The notes below the pieces were generated by a model. That model did not search any database. It was not told the DNA's origin and saw only the letters and a list, made by a program, of their open reading frames with translations. This document shows positions 1 through 7,758 of a stretch of 36,855 bases of DNA, one piece after another. The DNA comes from an uncultured Eubacteriales bacterium (GTDB lineage: Bacteria > Acidobacteriota > Aminicenantia > Aminicenantales > Saccharicenantaceae), in NCBI GenBank assembly GCA_964517245.1, contig CAZFBC010000001.1, positions 1-36,855 on the forward strand, read 5' to 3'. The number at the start of each line of letters is the position of its first letter. The stretch's first letter is position 1. A program made the position numbers and the translations under genes.

Positions 1-55
1 CCGCTCTGGGCGTTCATCTTCACCGACTGGACCTCGTACTTGATGTGGTTGGTCC
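1..55. repeat. 55-bp terminal direct repeat, identical to 36801..36855 (circular-assembly overlap)
   Basis: Nt 1..55 (ccgctctgggcgttcatcttcaccgactgg...ggtcc) are repeated exactly at 36801..36855. A minus-strand reading frame continues across the junction. Confidence 0.9.
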
Positions 56-605
56 TCTCGTCGTAGGTCAGGGCGTCCATCTGGGCGGACGTGTTGACCA
101 CCGAGGAATCGATGACCTTGTTCCCGCGGAGCTTGAGCTCGGACTGGACGAAGCCCCCGGCCGAGCTCTTGAGCGACCACTCGGTCGGCTTCGCGCTCGG
201 GCACTCGAAGATGATGTCCGGGTACTCGGCGGCGATGGTCGCGAACTTCCCGTTGTTCGAGTCGGCCCACTGAAACGTGTGGGTGTAGGCCGAGGTATCG
301 CTCATCACCGGCGCCCCGGCCGTCCCGAAGAGAAGGGCGATCAGCGTCCCCAGGGCTCCCGGCGAATAGAGCATGTCCGAGGTGATGACGATGTCCTGGG
401 GCTTGTAGACGTTGAGCGCTCCAGAGAACGGCAGCGGCGAATCCACCTCCTGGGCGACCAGGAGGTCCCGGCTCGGGTTGAGGCCCGAGATCGCCTTGCA
501 GTTGAGCCCGTAACCCGCGCCCAGGGCCACGGCCGTCCTCCACGTCGCCGCCTTCTTGGCGCCCGCCGCGAGGAACCTTCGTTCCGGTCCGGTAGGTGTA
601 GACAT
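1..605 (-). CDS. major tail (tube) protein, N-terminal part; gene wraps across the window ends
   Basis: ATG at 605..603 follows AGGAGGG. The ORF (MSTPTGPERRFLAAGAKK...) runs off the window start and, through the 55-bp overlap, continues in frame into 36350..36823, giving 351 aa. It lies directly upstream of the tail chaperone pair and the tape measure gene. Confidence 0.6.
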   Translation of the reverse strand, partial: MSTPTGPERRFLAAGAKKAATWRTAVALGAGYGLNCKAISGLNPSRDLLVAQEVDSPLPFSGALNVYKPQDIVITSDMLYSPGALGTLIALLFGTAGAPVMSDTSAYTHTFQWADSNNGKFATIAAEYPDIIFECPSAKPTEWSLKSSAGGFVQSELKLRGNKVIDSSVVNTSAQMDALTYDERTNHIKYEVQSVKMNAQS

Positions 606-617
606 GTTGCCCTCCTA

Positions 618-890
618 TTAGGCAATGACCTTGAAAAGAAAATCCAGATCATCCTCGTAACCGAGGTTGGTTTTGAAGTGGAACCTGACCGTGTAGTCCG
701 TCCCGGCCGTCCCGCCTTCGACGAACTGGGTGATCCGGTTGCCGGAGATCTGCACCAGCCCGGTCAGGGTCAGGCCGGCCGGCGTGGCCGCGGCCGTGCA
801 CGTGCTGATCGTCTCGAGGTCGTCCAGGCCGACGAGCTCGAACCCGTAATACCCTTTACCGCTGACGTGCTTCTGGCGTTGAGCATCCAT
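618..890 (-). CDS. hypothetical virion-module protein (90 aa)
   Basis: ATG follows GGAGGATC and overlaps the upstream stop as TAATG. The protein is beta-rich (TDYTVRFHFKT...). It sits between the repeat fibre gene and the tail tube gene. Confidence 0.55.
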   Translation of the reverse strand: MDAQRQKHVSGKGYYGFELVGLDDLETISTCTAAATPAGLTLTGLVQISGNRITQFVEGGTAGTDYTVRFHFKTNLGYEDDLDFLFKVIA

Positions 891-2485
891 TAGATCCTCC
901 GCGCGTGGACTCGGACGACCCGCTCGTCCAGTTCGACCGCCTCGATCGTCGGCCTGAGCCTGGCCGTCTCGACCTTCGAATCCAGCTCGACCGCCTCGAC
1001 CCTCGGCCTGAGCACGGCCCGCCTGACCTTCGCTTCGAGGATGATCCGCTCATAATACTCGTAAGCGGTGAGCTCTCCGACGATGAGCTCAGCCCCGTCC
1101 CCGGCCTGGGACTGGCTCCCCCCTTCGGCCACGAGGTCGGTCCCCGTGACCATCTCGAGCGTGGCCTGGTCCCCGGCCTGCGCCTGCGCGCCTCCGGCCG
1201 CGGCGATCTCGTGCGTCTGGACCAGGGCGGCCTCATCGCCAGCCTGGGCCTGCCCGCCTCCGGCCGGCGCCAGGACATGGGTTTGGATGAGCGCGGCCTC
1301 GTCTCCCGACTGAGCCTGGACCCCGCCTTCGGCCACAAGGTAGACGTCGACCCGCAAGCTCATCTCATCGCCGGCCTGCCCCTGAGACCCGCCGGCAGCC
1401 TCGAGGACGTGCGTCTGGACCAAGGTCGCCCCATCCCCGGCCTGGGACTGTTCGCCTCCGGCCGGCTCGAGGGCGATGATCCCGAGCTCGAGCGTGGCTT
1501 GGTCCCCCGCCTGGGACTGATCCCCGCCGGCAGCCTCCAGCACGTGAACCTGGGTCAGATCCGCCGAATCTCCGATTTGGCCCTGGGAGCCCGCCTGCGC
1601 CTCGATCTCGACCGACCCCACCTCCAGGGTAGGGGTATCCCCGGTTTGGCCCTGGGAGCCCTCCTGGGCCTCAAGAACGTGAGTCTGGACCAGGGTCGCC
1701 TGGTCTCCAGCCTGCCCCTGGCTCCCCTCGGCCGGCAGAAGGTCGGCGAACGTCTCGAGCTCCACCCCGTCACCCGCCTGCGCTTGCGCGCCCCCGGCCG
1801 CCTCGAGTTGGACGGCGATCTCCAGGACCGCCCCATCGCCCGCCTGAGCCTGGCTCCCCTCCTGGGACGCCAGGACATGAGTCTGGACCAGGGCCGGCAC
1901 GTCCCCCGACTGAGCCTGGCTCCCCTCGGCCGGCACGATGTTGTGCGTCTGGACCAGGCTCGAATTATCCCCGGCCTGGCCTTGGGAACCCTCGGCCGGG
2001 ACGAGGTCGATCCCCGCCTCCGTGTAGTAGACCGTGACGCGGATGTGGTCGACGTACTTGCTATACGAGGTCGGCGCCGTGAGAATGACCCCGAAAGTCG
2101 AGGCCTCCACCTCCGACTCGCTCCAGGTCGTTCCCCAGAGAGAAGTCGACCCGCCCGCCGAGACGTAAGCTTCGGAGCCGGTATAAGGCAGGGTTATGGT
2201 GACGCCCGTCCCGGCCGGAGTCGTCCCGTCCTTCGTCAGCTCGACCGTAAGCTGGCGGCGGGAGCTCGGCGACGAGGTCGTGCCGTAGCCTTCGACCTCG
2301 ACCAGGATTCCATCGATGGTAGCCCCGGCCGGAATCGAGAAAGAGAAGGCCGTCCACGAGGCCTCGGCTCCTGCGGAGCTCGAGAGGGCTCGGTTATCGT
2401 CGGACGAATAGCCGTAAGTGAGATAGGTCCACCCGGTCGCGATGCTGGTCGATGCGGACGGACTATTCGGCCCCGTGGACGCCAT
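890..2485 (-). CDS. repeat-rich fibrous virion protein (putative neck or side fibre)
   Basis: 531 aa. An N-terminal beta-rich domain of about 165 aa is followed by about 14 tandem repeats of about 22 aa containing AEGGSQAQAGD..LVQTHVL. The C-terminus has short RP..EAVELD repeats. Confidence 0.6.
   Translation of the reverse strand: MASTGPNSPSASTSIATGWTYLTYGYSSDDNRALSSSAGAEASWTAFSFSIPAGATIDGILVEVEGYGTTSSPSSRRQLTVELTKDGTTPAGTGVTITLPYTGSEAYVSAGGSTSLWGTTWSESEVEASTFGVILTAPTSYSKYVDHIRVTVYYTEAGIDLVPAEGSQGQAGDNSSLVQTHNIVPAEGSQAQSGDVPALVQTHVLASQEGSQAQAGDGAVLEIAVQLEAAGGAQAQAGDGVELETFADLLPAEGSQGQAGDQATLVQTHVLEAQEGSQGQTGDTPTLEVGSVEIEAQAGSQGQIGDSADLTQVHVLEAAGGDQSQAGDQATLELGIIALEPAGGEQSQAGDGATLVQTHVLEAAGGSQGQAGDEMSLRVDVYLVAEGGVQAQSGDEAALIQTHVLAPAGGGQAQAGDEAALVQTHEIAAAGGAQAQAGDQATLEMVTGTDLVAEGGSQSQAGDGAELIVGELTAYEYYERIILEAKVRRAVLRPRVEAVELDSKVETARLRPTIEAVELDERVVRVHARRI
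1031..1990 (-). repeat. intragenic tandem repeat, about 66-nt period, about 14 units
   Basis: The translated units recur as (V/E)(P/A)AEGSQ(G/A)QAGD-x-(A/T)-x-L-(VQTHVL or LE....L). The recurring nucleotide blocks gggagcc/gggactg...ctggaccag are visible by eye. Confidence 0.85.
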
Positions 2486-2499
2486 CGGTCAGACCCCGC

Positions 2500-2874
2500 T
2501 CAAGCGTAATCGCCGATCTCGTCGACGTCGGTCGCCGGGAAGTTGACCGAGTTCCCGAGCGAGAGGACCTGGCTCGTGACCGTCCCGACCAGGAGAAGCG
2601 TCGAGCTCCCGGTGATGGTCAAGGCGTAATGCGCGGCCGTTCCCGCGTTCGTGACGCTGAGGCTGTTCTGGGCCGCCAGCGTGATCTTCCGCCCGCTCGA
2701 GTCCCCGTTCGCCTTCGAGAAATCCCCACTGGTCAGGACGTGGTTCACGAGCATATAGGTCGTGTGGGCCTCGGCATAGGTCGTCGGCTGCGTCGAGCAG
2801 ATCGTGAGCTCGGTCGCCGCGGCCAGGACGTCGAGCATGAGGTCGATGGTAGCGTCCGGCATGTACTTGGCCAT
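2500..2874 (-). CDS. hypothetical structural-module protein, paralog A of 27946..28323
   Basis: 124 aa. It shares the blocks CSTQPTTY-EA-TTY, ANGDSSGRK, GTAAH-AL and EIGD with the 125-aa product of 27946..28323. RBS is AAGGAGGAC. Confidence 0.7.
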   Translation of the reverse strand: MAKYMPDATIDLMLDVLAAATELTICSTQPTTYAEAHTTYMLVNHVLTSGDFSKANGDSSGRKITLAAQNSLSVTNAGTAAHYALTITGSSTLLLVGTVTSQVLSLGNSVNFPATDVDEIGDYA

Positions 2875-2877
2875 TGG

Positions 2878-3075
2878 TCAGTCCTCCTTCGCCGGCTTCG
2901 CCTTGCCGGCCTCGAACTTGAGATGCCCGGTCCTCTCCCACTCGGCGAGGACTTCGGCCGGCCATCCGGCCGCGTCGTAAACCTGGCCCTTCTCCAGGAA
3001 GCGGGGCTTCCCGCCTCCGAAGGTCCTGGTGTAAGTCGACTCCCCGATCCACGTGAACTTCGCGTTCTTGCTCAT
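2878..3075 (-). CDS. hypothetical small protein (65 aa), weak paralog of 28316..28573
   Basis: ORF MSKNAKFTWIGES... The F-W..E and G-VY...W...G-(L/V)-(K/R)-F pattern is also present in the 85-aa protein upstream of paralog B. Confidence 0.55.
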   Translation of the reverse strand: MSKNAKFTWIGESTYTRTFGGGKPRFLEKGQVYDAAGWPAEVLAEWERTGHLKFEAGKAKPAKED

Positions 3076-3086
3076 GATGATCTCCT

Positions 3087-3575
3087 TCAGATCTCGCCCC
3101 AGTCTCCCGTGAGGCAGATCTCGACGTTCTGCCGGAAGGCCGCGACCCCGTCGACCTGGAGCTCCCCCTCGTCGGTCACGACCATCCCGAGGTGCCCCCA
3201 GCCGACCAGCGTCGAAAGGCTCCCGGTCTCGCCGCTCGCGAGGTCCTCCTCGAGCGCCTTCTGGACGTCGGCCAGATGCTTGAGGAGGCGCGTCACCGAC
3301 TCCCCGCCTTCCGAGTCCACGACCCCCGTGACAACGATGGTCGGATAGCGGTGGACCGGCCCGTTCGGAATGTGCTCCGGGCTCCTGTGATCCGAACCGA
3401 CGTAGACCATGTCGAACGGATAGCCCGGCGCCTCAAAGAAGTTGCGGAGGCCGAGGACGGCCTTCCCATCCCCGACCGTGATGTGGTACTCGTCGCCCTG
3501 GACGATATCGGTCAGGACTCGGACCACCCGCTCGAGGCACTGAAGGAGGACGGGATCGTCTGGGACGCTCATCAT
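3087..3575 (-). CDS. putative tail terminator or tail completion protein (162 aa)
   Basis: ATG follows GGAGGTAA and overlaps the upstream stop as ATGA. The call rests on its position, last of the head-tail joining genes; no diagnostic motif was recognised. Confidence 0.4.
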   Translation of the reverse strand: MMSVPDDPVLLQCLERVVRVLTDIVQGDEYHITVGDGKAVLGLRNFFEAPGYPFDMVYVGSDHRSPEHIPNGPVHRYPTIVVTGVVDSEGGESVTRLLKHLADVQKALEEDLASGETGSLSTLVGWGHLGMVVTDEGELQVDGVAAFRQNVEICLTGDWGEI

Positions 3576-4189
3576 TTACCTCCCTGAGCCAGCCTCGTGG
3601 CCGTGGCCAGGACCCCGGCCTTGCTCATCATCTTCTCGAGCGCCGGCTTCCGCTCCTCGATCGGCCGCGAAAACCAGCGACGCGCCGGCAGCTCGACGAA
3701 CCGCCTGAGGAGGAATAGCGGCCTGATCCCCGTCTTGCCCTTCGGTTCTGCCAGGAGCCACTGCCCGCCGGCCGTGGTCGCCAGGAAGGCCCTCGGGTAC
3801 TGGCTCGCCGAGCCCTTGACCCCCGGCAGCGGAATGGTCAGGAACGGGTGGCCCTTCGGACGGATCGGCCCGCCATGCTCCTGGATGGCCGCATAGACCA
3901 CCTCGTCCCGGCCGATGTGCCGGCCCGTCCCCAGCAGGATCACGGCCTGGTCGGGAAGGTGCTTCCCGTACTCGTCGAGCGCCGGCGTGACCTTCGCGCC
4001 CAGCCTGAGGTCGAGGTCCTTCGGGGGCCGCTTGAACGTCCGGCCGCCCTTGTAACTCCGCTTGATGTGAATGATCGTCTGGTCGGCCCAGCTCTCGGCG
4101 TTGCGGAAGAAGGCCCGAGGAAGGAGGCGCGCGATGGCCTGCTTCCTGGTCGCCTCCGCGAAGTCGCCCGTGAGCTTGAGCTCGAGCAT
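3572..4189 (-). CDS. head-tail joining / virion morphogenesis-type protein (HK97 gp10 / Mu gpG-like)
   Basis: Internal start MLELKLTGDF... overlaps the connector stop as ATGA. The motifs EHGGPIRPKG..FLTIPL and ELPARRWF resemble this family. The upstream 255 codons of the 460-aa track ORF are Arg/Gly-rich overlap and were rejected. Confidence 0.45.
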   Translation of the reverse strand: MLELKLTGDFAEATRKQAIARLLPRAFFRNAESWADQTIIHIKRSYKGGRTFKRPPKDLDLRLGAKVTPALDEYGKHLPDQAVILLGTGRHIGRDEVVYAAIQEHGGPIRPKGHPFLTIPLPGVKGSASQYPRAFLATTAGGQWLLAEPKGKTGIRPLFLLRRFVELPARRWFSRPIEERKPALEKMMSKAGVLATATRLAQGGK

Positions 4190-4773
4190 CAGATCGTCCT
4201 CCGCCTGTACCGCGCCAGAACGGACCTGACGAAGGGAAGGAGGTCCTGGTCGGAGATCGATACGCTTTGGCCTCCGGCGCTCCGCGAGAGCTCGGCCCAG
4301 CTCTTGGTCATGAACTTCTGCCAGAGGTGGGCCGTCTGCATGAGGCACGCCAGGACCATGTCGGCCGGGACCGAGCCTTCCGCGTACCCGGCCTCGAGGC
4401 TCACGACCACGGCCTTGGGCTTGGTCGTCCACGCGGCCGGCTCCCCGTCGATGACCGAGGCCGCCCGCCTGAGCCGACCCGTGGTCAGATAGGCATAGAA
4501 GTCCGTCCCCTCGACCAGGGTCGCCCCGTCCTCGACGACCGAGGTCAGGGTCGTAACGGGATAATTGGGAAGCCAGAGGTCGGCCCTCCCCGTCCCATCC
4601 AGCTCGAGGCCTGTATACTCCGTCGACTTGAGCGTCCGGTCCGTGGCCGCATTGAAGGCCCCGGAGACCCCGTCGACGATCGCCTCCATGACCGCGAGGT
4701 CCTCGTCGTCCCGCTTCTTGAGGAACTCCTTGGCCTGCTGGACCGTGACCAGGGCGATTGAGGAAAGGGCCAT
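4189..4773 (-). CDS. head-tail connector (gp6-like adaptor) protein
   Basis: 194 aa. The N-terminus VTVQQAKEFLKKRDDEDLAVMEAIV is typical of gp6-like head-tail connectors. It lies downstream of the capsid genes. Confidence 0.6.
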   Translation of the reverse strand: MALSSIALVTVQQAKEFLKKRDDEDLAVMEAIVDGVSGAFNAATDRTLKSTEYTGLELDGTGRADLWLPNYPVTTLTSVVEDGATLVEGTDFYAYLTTGRLRRAASVIDGEPAAWTTKPKAVVVSLEAGYAEGSVPADMVLACLMQTAHLWQKFMTKSWAELSRSAGGQSVSISDQDLLPFVRSVLARYRRRTI

Positions 4774-4785
4774 GTCGACCTCCTG

Positions 4786-5142
4786 CTACTTCTTCCCGGC
4801 CGGCGGAGGAGGCTCCGGCGCCGTTCCCTGGAGGACCTCGAGGGTGACGTTGGGGCCGCTCCTCACGGCCGACTTCCCCGGCTGCGGACCGGCCTTCACC
4901 TCGGGCGCCCCGTCGATCATCTTGTCCTCCTCGGCCAGCCCGTACCCGATCCACGTCCTGGCCGTATCGACCGGCAGCCTGGCGACCTCGCCCGGCCGGT
5001 AGATCTTCCCCCTCCAGGTCAGGACCTTGAGGATCCTGACCCGTCTCGAGGTCTCGCCCTCGGCGACGGCCGGAGGCTGCGGCGCCAGCTCGACCGGGGC
5101 CGGCGCATCCTTCACCCCGTGCTTCTTGATCTTGATCGGCAT
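4786..5142 (-). CDS. hypothetical head-module protein (118 aa)
   Basis: Start chosen at MPIKIKKHG, behind GAGGGGAG. The protein has Pro/Ala-rich linkers and no recognised motif. Confidence 0.5.
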   Translation of the reverse strand: MPIKIKKHGVKDAPAPVELAPQPPAVAEGETSRRVRILKVLTWRGKIYRPGEVARLPVDTARTWIGYGLAEEDKMIDGAPEVKAGPQPGKSAVRSGPNVTLEVLQGTAPEPPPPAGKK

Positions 5143-5221
5143 TATCTCCCCTCGCATGCGCCCGGCCGGAGGAGGGGAGGCCCTCCCCCGGCCTGCGCTT
5201 CTCTTCAGTCAGCTCGGTCTA

Positions 5222-5662
5222 TCAGCCCCCGAGCTCGGTGACCTGGGTCGTCGGCACGCGCCAGGGGCGGCCGAGAACGATGAGCCCCGCGATGGGCGTC
5301 CCGTTCGTGTGGGTGCCGGTGGCGGTCCACAAGATCCGCAGGTACTTCTTGGTGCCGCGGTAGCCCCGGATGATGGTCGTGGGATCCTCGGCCGCGGCGT
5401 CGATCACGTGATCGTTGACCCCGCCCTCGAGGTCGGCCGCCGCGATGTTGGCCCAGGACGAGTTGTCGTCCGACTCCTGGAACGAGATGGTCCAGAGCAG
5501 GGCCCCGGAGAGCGTGTCCCCGGAGATGCCCTGCATGGCGACCATCACCGCATCCTGGAAGCCGGTCCGATCGACCCCGACCCCCGTCCCCTCCGAGGTG
5601 TTGTTCGCCAGGATGGGGACGACCGTGATGACGGACTTGGTGGCTTTGAGCGTCGCTTCCAT
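5222..5662 (-). CDS. putative capsid accessory (decoration or cement) protein
   Basis: 146-aa beta-rich ORF immediately downstream of the major capsid gene. The function is inferred from position only. Confidence 0.35.
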   Translation of the reverse strand: MEATLKATKSVITVVPILANNTSEGTGVGVDRTGFQDAVMVAMQGISGDTLSGALLWTISFQESDDNSSWANIAAADLEGGVNDHVIDAAAEDPTTIIRGYRGTKKYLRILWTATGTHTNGTPIAGLIVLGRPWRVPTTQVTELGG

Positions 5663-5672
5663 GTTAGCCTCC

Positions 5673-6878
5673 TTAGCTCGTCTGGTTCTTCAGGAGCTGG
5701 ATCGCGGCCGGCAGCGTGACGGCTCCCCCGTGGCGCATGCGCACGTTGAAGCCGATGAAGCCATTGGCCGCGTAGAGCTCGACCAGCCTCTGGATGGAGA
5801 CCCCGATCCGGTCCACGATCGTGTACCCCTGCCGGAAGTCTCCGAAGGCCAGCACGATCCCCGCATCGCCCGGCGTGGTGCCGAGCGAGGTCGAGGTGAT
5901 GGCCGGGAAGTCCGACCATTCGTAGACCGGCTTGCCCAGGATGTTGGCCGGCTGGCCCTGCTGGACGTTCGGCTGCAGGAGGTAGGTCCCGGTCGTGGCG
6001 TTCTTCAACGTGACCGCGACCCCCATGGTCGTCCTGTTCATGGTCCAGACCGCGTTCTTCGCGTAGGCCGACTCGAGCTGGTACATGGTCCCGATGAAGT
6101 CGTCGAAGGCCAGGGTGTTGTCCGTCAGGACGTCGCGGGCATCGGCCAGGACCGTGGCGTTCGTGATGATGCCCTCGGGCGCATCGATCCCGTCGCCGGA
6201 ATAATAGGCCGTCCCCTCCTTGAGCCCGAACCCGATCCCGGCCGCCTCGGAGATCTCCGCCTCGAGGTTGAACTTGGAATCCTCCAGCATCTTCTGCGTG
6301 GCCTTGTAGAGGACGTACATCTCGAAGGTCGGGATCTTGATGAGGGCGTACTCGAGACCCGTGGTCTCGCTCTTGGAGCCCGTCTCGTTGACGTAGGCCG
6401 CGGTGCCGATCGAGGACCGGCTCGGGAACTCGGCCTCGTAGCTCCCGATCTGCTTGATGTTGGCGATCTCCCGCATGGGGGAGAAGGCCGTCGCGGCCTT
6501 GATGATCTGGTTCACGTACTCGGGCGTGGCCAGGACGCCGGCCGCGGCCGAGTCGGAGATCTGGAGCTTCTGCTCCGGCACCTCGCCGGTCGCTCCCATG
6601 ATGGCCGCCAGGCCGATCTTGCGGCTGATCTCGAACCAGCTCTTGAACTTGCGCTGGGCCTCGGCCTCCGCGTCCCTGGCCAGCGGCATGCCCCCGGTCC
6701 GGACCTCGGCCATCGCCTTGTCGATGGCCTCGAGCCTGGCGTTGACCTTCCCCTGGAAGGTATCGAAATCGCCCTGCTTGATGCGGCTCTTGTCGAGGTC
6801 CTCGTACTTGGACCGGATCTCCATGAGGAGGCGGTTGCTCTCCTCCTGGAGGTCGATCAGTTTCTTTTCGTCGCTCAT
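5673..6878 (-). CDS. major capsid protein, HK97 fold
   Basis: 401 aa. It has an N-terminal coiled-coil delta-like region (MSDEKKLIDLQEESNRLLMEIRSKYEDL) and a typical HK97-family body. It directly follows the prohead protease. Confidence 0.85.
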   Translation of the reverse strand: MSDEKKLIDLQEESNRLLMEIRSKYEDLDKSRIKQGDFDTFQGKVNARLEAIDKAMAEVRTGGMPLARDAEAEAQRKFKSWFEISRKIGLAAIMGATGEVPEQKLQISDSAAAGVLATPEYVNQIIKAATAFSPMREIANIKQIGSYEAEFPSRSSIGTAAYVNETGSKSETTGLEYALIKIPTFEMYVLYKATQKMLEDSKFNLEAEISEAAGIGFGLKEGTAYYSGDGIDAPEGIITNATVLADARDVLTDNTLAFDDFIGTMYQLESAYAKNAVWTMNRTTMGVAVTLKNATTGTYLLQPNVQQGQPANILGKPVYEWSDFPAITSTSLGTTPGDAGIVLAFGDFRQGYTIVDRIGVSIQRLVELYAANGFIGFNVRMRHGGAVTLPAAIQLLKNQTS

Positions 6879-7543
6879 AATGCGACCTCCTTGTGGAATA
6901 GTTCCGCGATCTGGTCGCGGATCTTCTCAGCGAGGTGGATCGACTCCGGGCTCGCCTCTATGCCCGCGGCCTTCTCCGGAGGGGTGGGATCTCCCGGGCC
7001 CTCCTCGATGAGCCGCTTGCACGCTTCGCAGTATACGCCATGGCCGTCCTCATCCTCGGCCCCTTCGCCCTTGACCCCGGCGATCCTGGCCGGATCGCAG
7101 GCCGGGAAGACGACCGGCGAGATCTCGTAGAGCTTGATCTCCTTGAGCCGGCGCGTCTTGCTCACCGCGTCGATCTCCTCGGTGATCGTCTGGTACCCGA
7201 ACGAGAGCCCCATGGGCGCCCCGGCCTCCTTCATCTGGACCATGAGGCTGCGGACCTCCCGGGCCCTCTGGACCTCGAGGTTGAGTTGGCCCTCGACCGC
7301 CAGGCCGACCTCGTCCTCCTGGCCCTTGATGACCCCGATCGGCTCCATCATGGAATGGGACCAGAGCATGGGAAAGGCTTTCCTGGCCTTGAGCGTGCGC
7401 TTGAACGCGCCCTTGACGACCTGGTCCCCGTACGAGTCGACGTCGTTCCAGATCGACGCGTAACCTGTGAAGCTCCCGGCCTTCTCGTCGAGCTCGGCCA
7501 GCGTGAACTTGAAGTCCTTGGTCTCCATGATCGGCTTTCCCAT
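6875..7543 (-). CDS. prohead maturation protease, HK97 family (S78-like)
   Basis: 222 aa. FTGYASIWNDVDSYGDQVVKGAF ... MLWSH matches the HK97 prohead protease signature. It lies between the portal and capsid genes. Confidence 0.85.
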   Translation of the reverse strand: MGKPIMETKDFKFTLAELDEKAGSFTGYASIWNDVDSYGDQVVKGAFKRTLKARKAFPMLWSHSMMEPIGVIKGQEDEVGLAVEGQLNLEVQRAREVRSLMVQMKEAGAPMGLSFGYQTITEEIDAVSKTRRLKEIKLYEISPVVFPACDPARIAGVKGEGAEDEDGHGVYCEACKRLIEEGPGDPTPPEKAAGIEASPESIHLAEKIRDQIAELFHKEVAL

Positions 7544-7553
7544 GATCCCCTCC

Positions 7554-7751
7554 TCACTCCTCCGCGTCCTTGGGTTCGAAGAACAGCCCGTCCACCTCCC
7601 CGCCGATCGCCTTGTCGTGGCGAACCGTGCCGGCGATGATGGCGAACGGGATCCCCTTCCCCTTCGGGAAGGCCTCGCAGAATATCGGCGGCGGCGCCCC
7701 GAGCTTGCTCTTGAGGCGCTTGCACTCCCAGCAACTGTCGGTCGGCTTCAT
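7554..7751 (-). CDS. hypothetical small Cys-containing protein (65 aa)
   Basis: Internal start MKPTDSCWECKRL... follows GAGGAG, 8 nt after the portal-fusion stop. The upstream part of the 95-aa track ORF overlaps the portal gene. Confidence 0.5.
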   Translation of the reverse strand: MKPTDSCWECKRLKSKLGAPPPIFCEAFPKGKGIPFAIIAGTVRHDKAIGGEVDGLFFEPKDAEE

Positions 7752-7758
7752 GCTCTCC

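Noticed and set aside
890-2485. The tandem-repeat fibre could be the variable target of a diversity-generating retroelement, or a collagen-like protein.
   Set aside because: No reverse transcriptase and no template-repeat copy exist anywhere in this complete genome. The repeats have no Gly-X-Y periodicity.
3572-4954. Long N-terminal extensions of track ORFs: the 460 aa here, 10377..11921 (514 aa), 22981..24123, 12395..13675, 28387..29079 and 16629..17081.
   Set aside because: The extensions overlap upstream genes in another frame and are Arg/Gly/Pro-rich. Good internal starts with ATGA or GTGA coupling or a clear RBS give products with recognisable domains.
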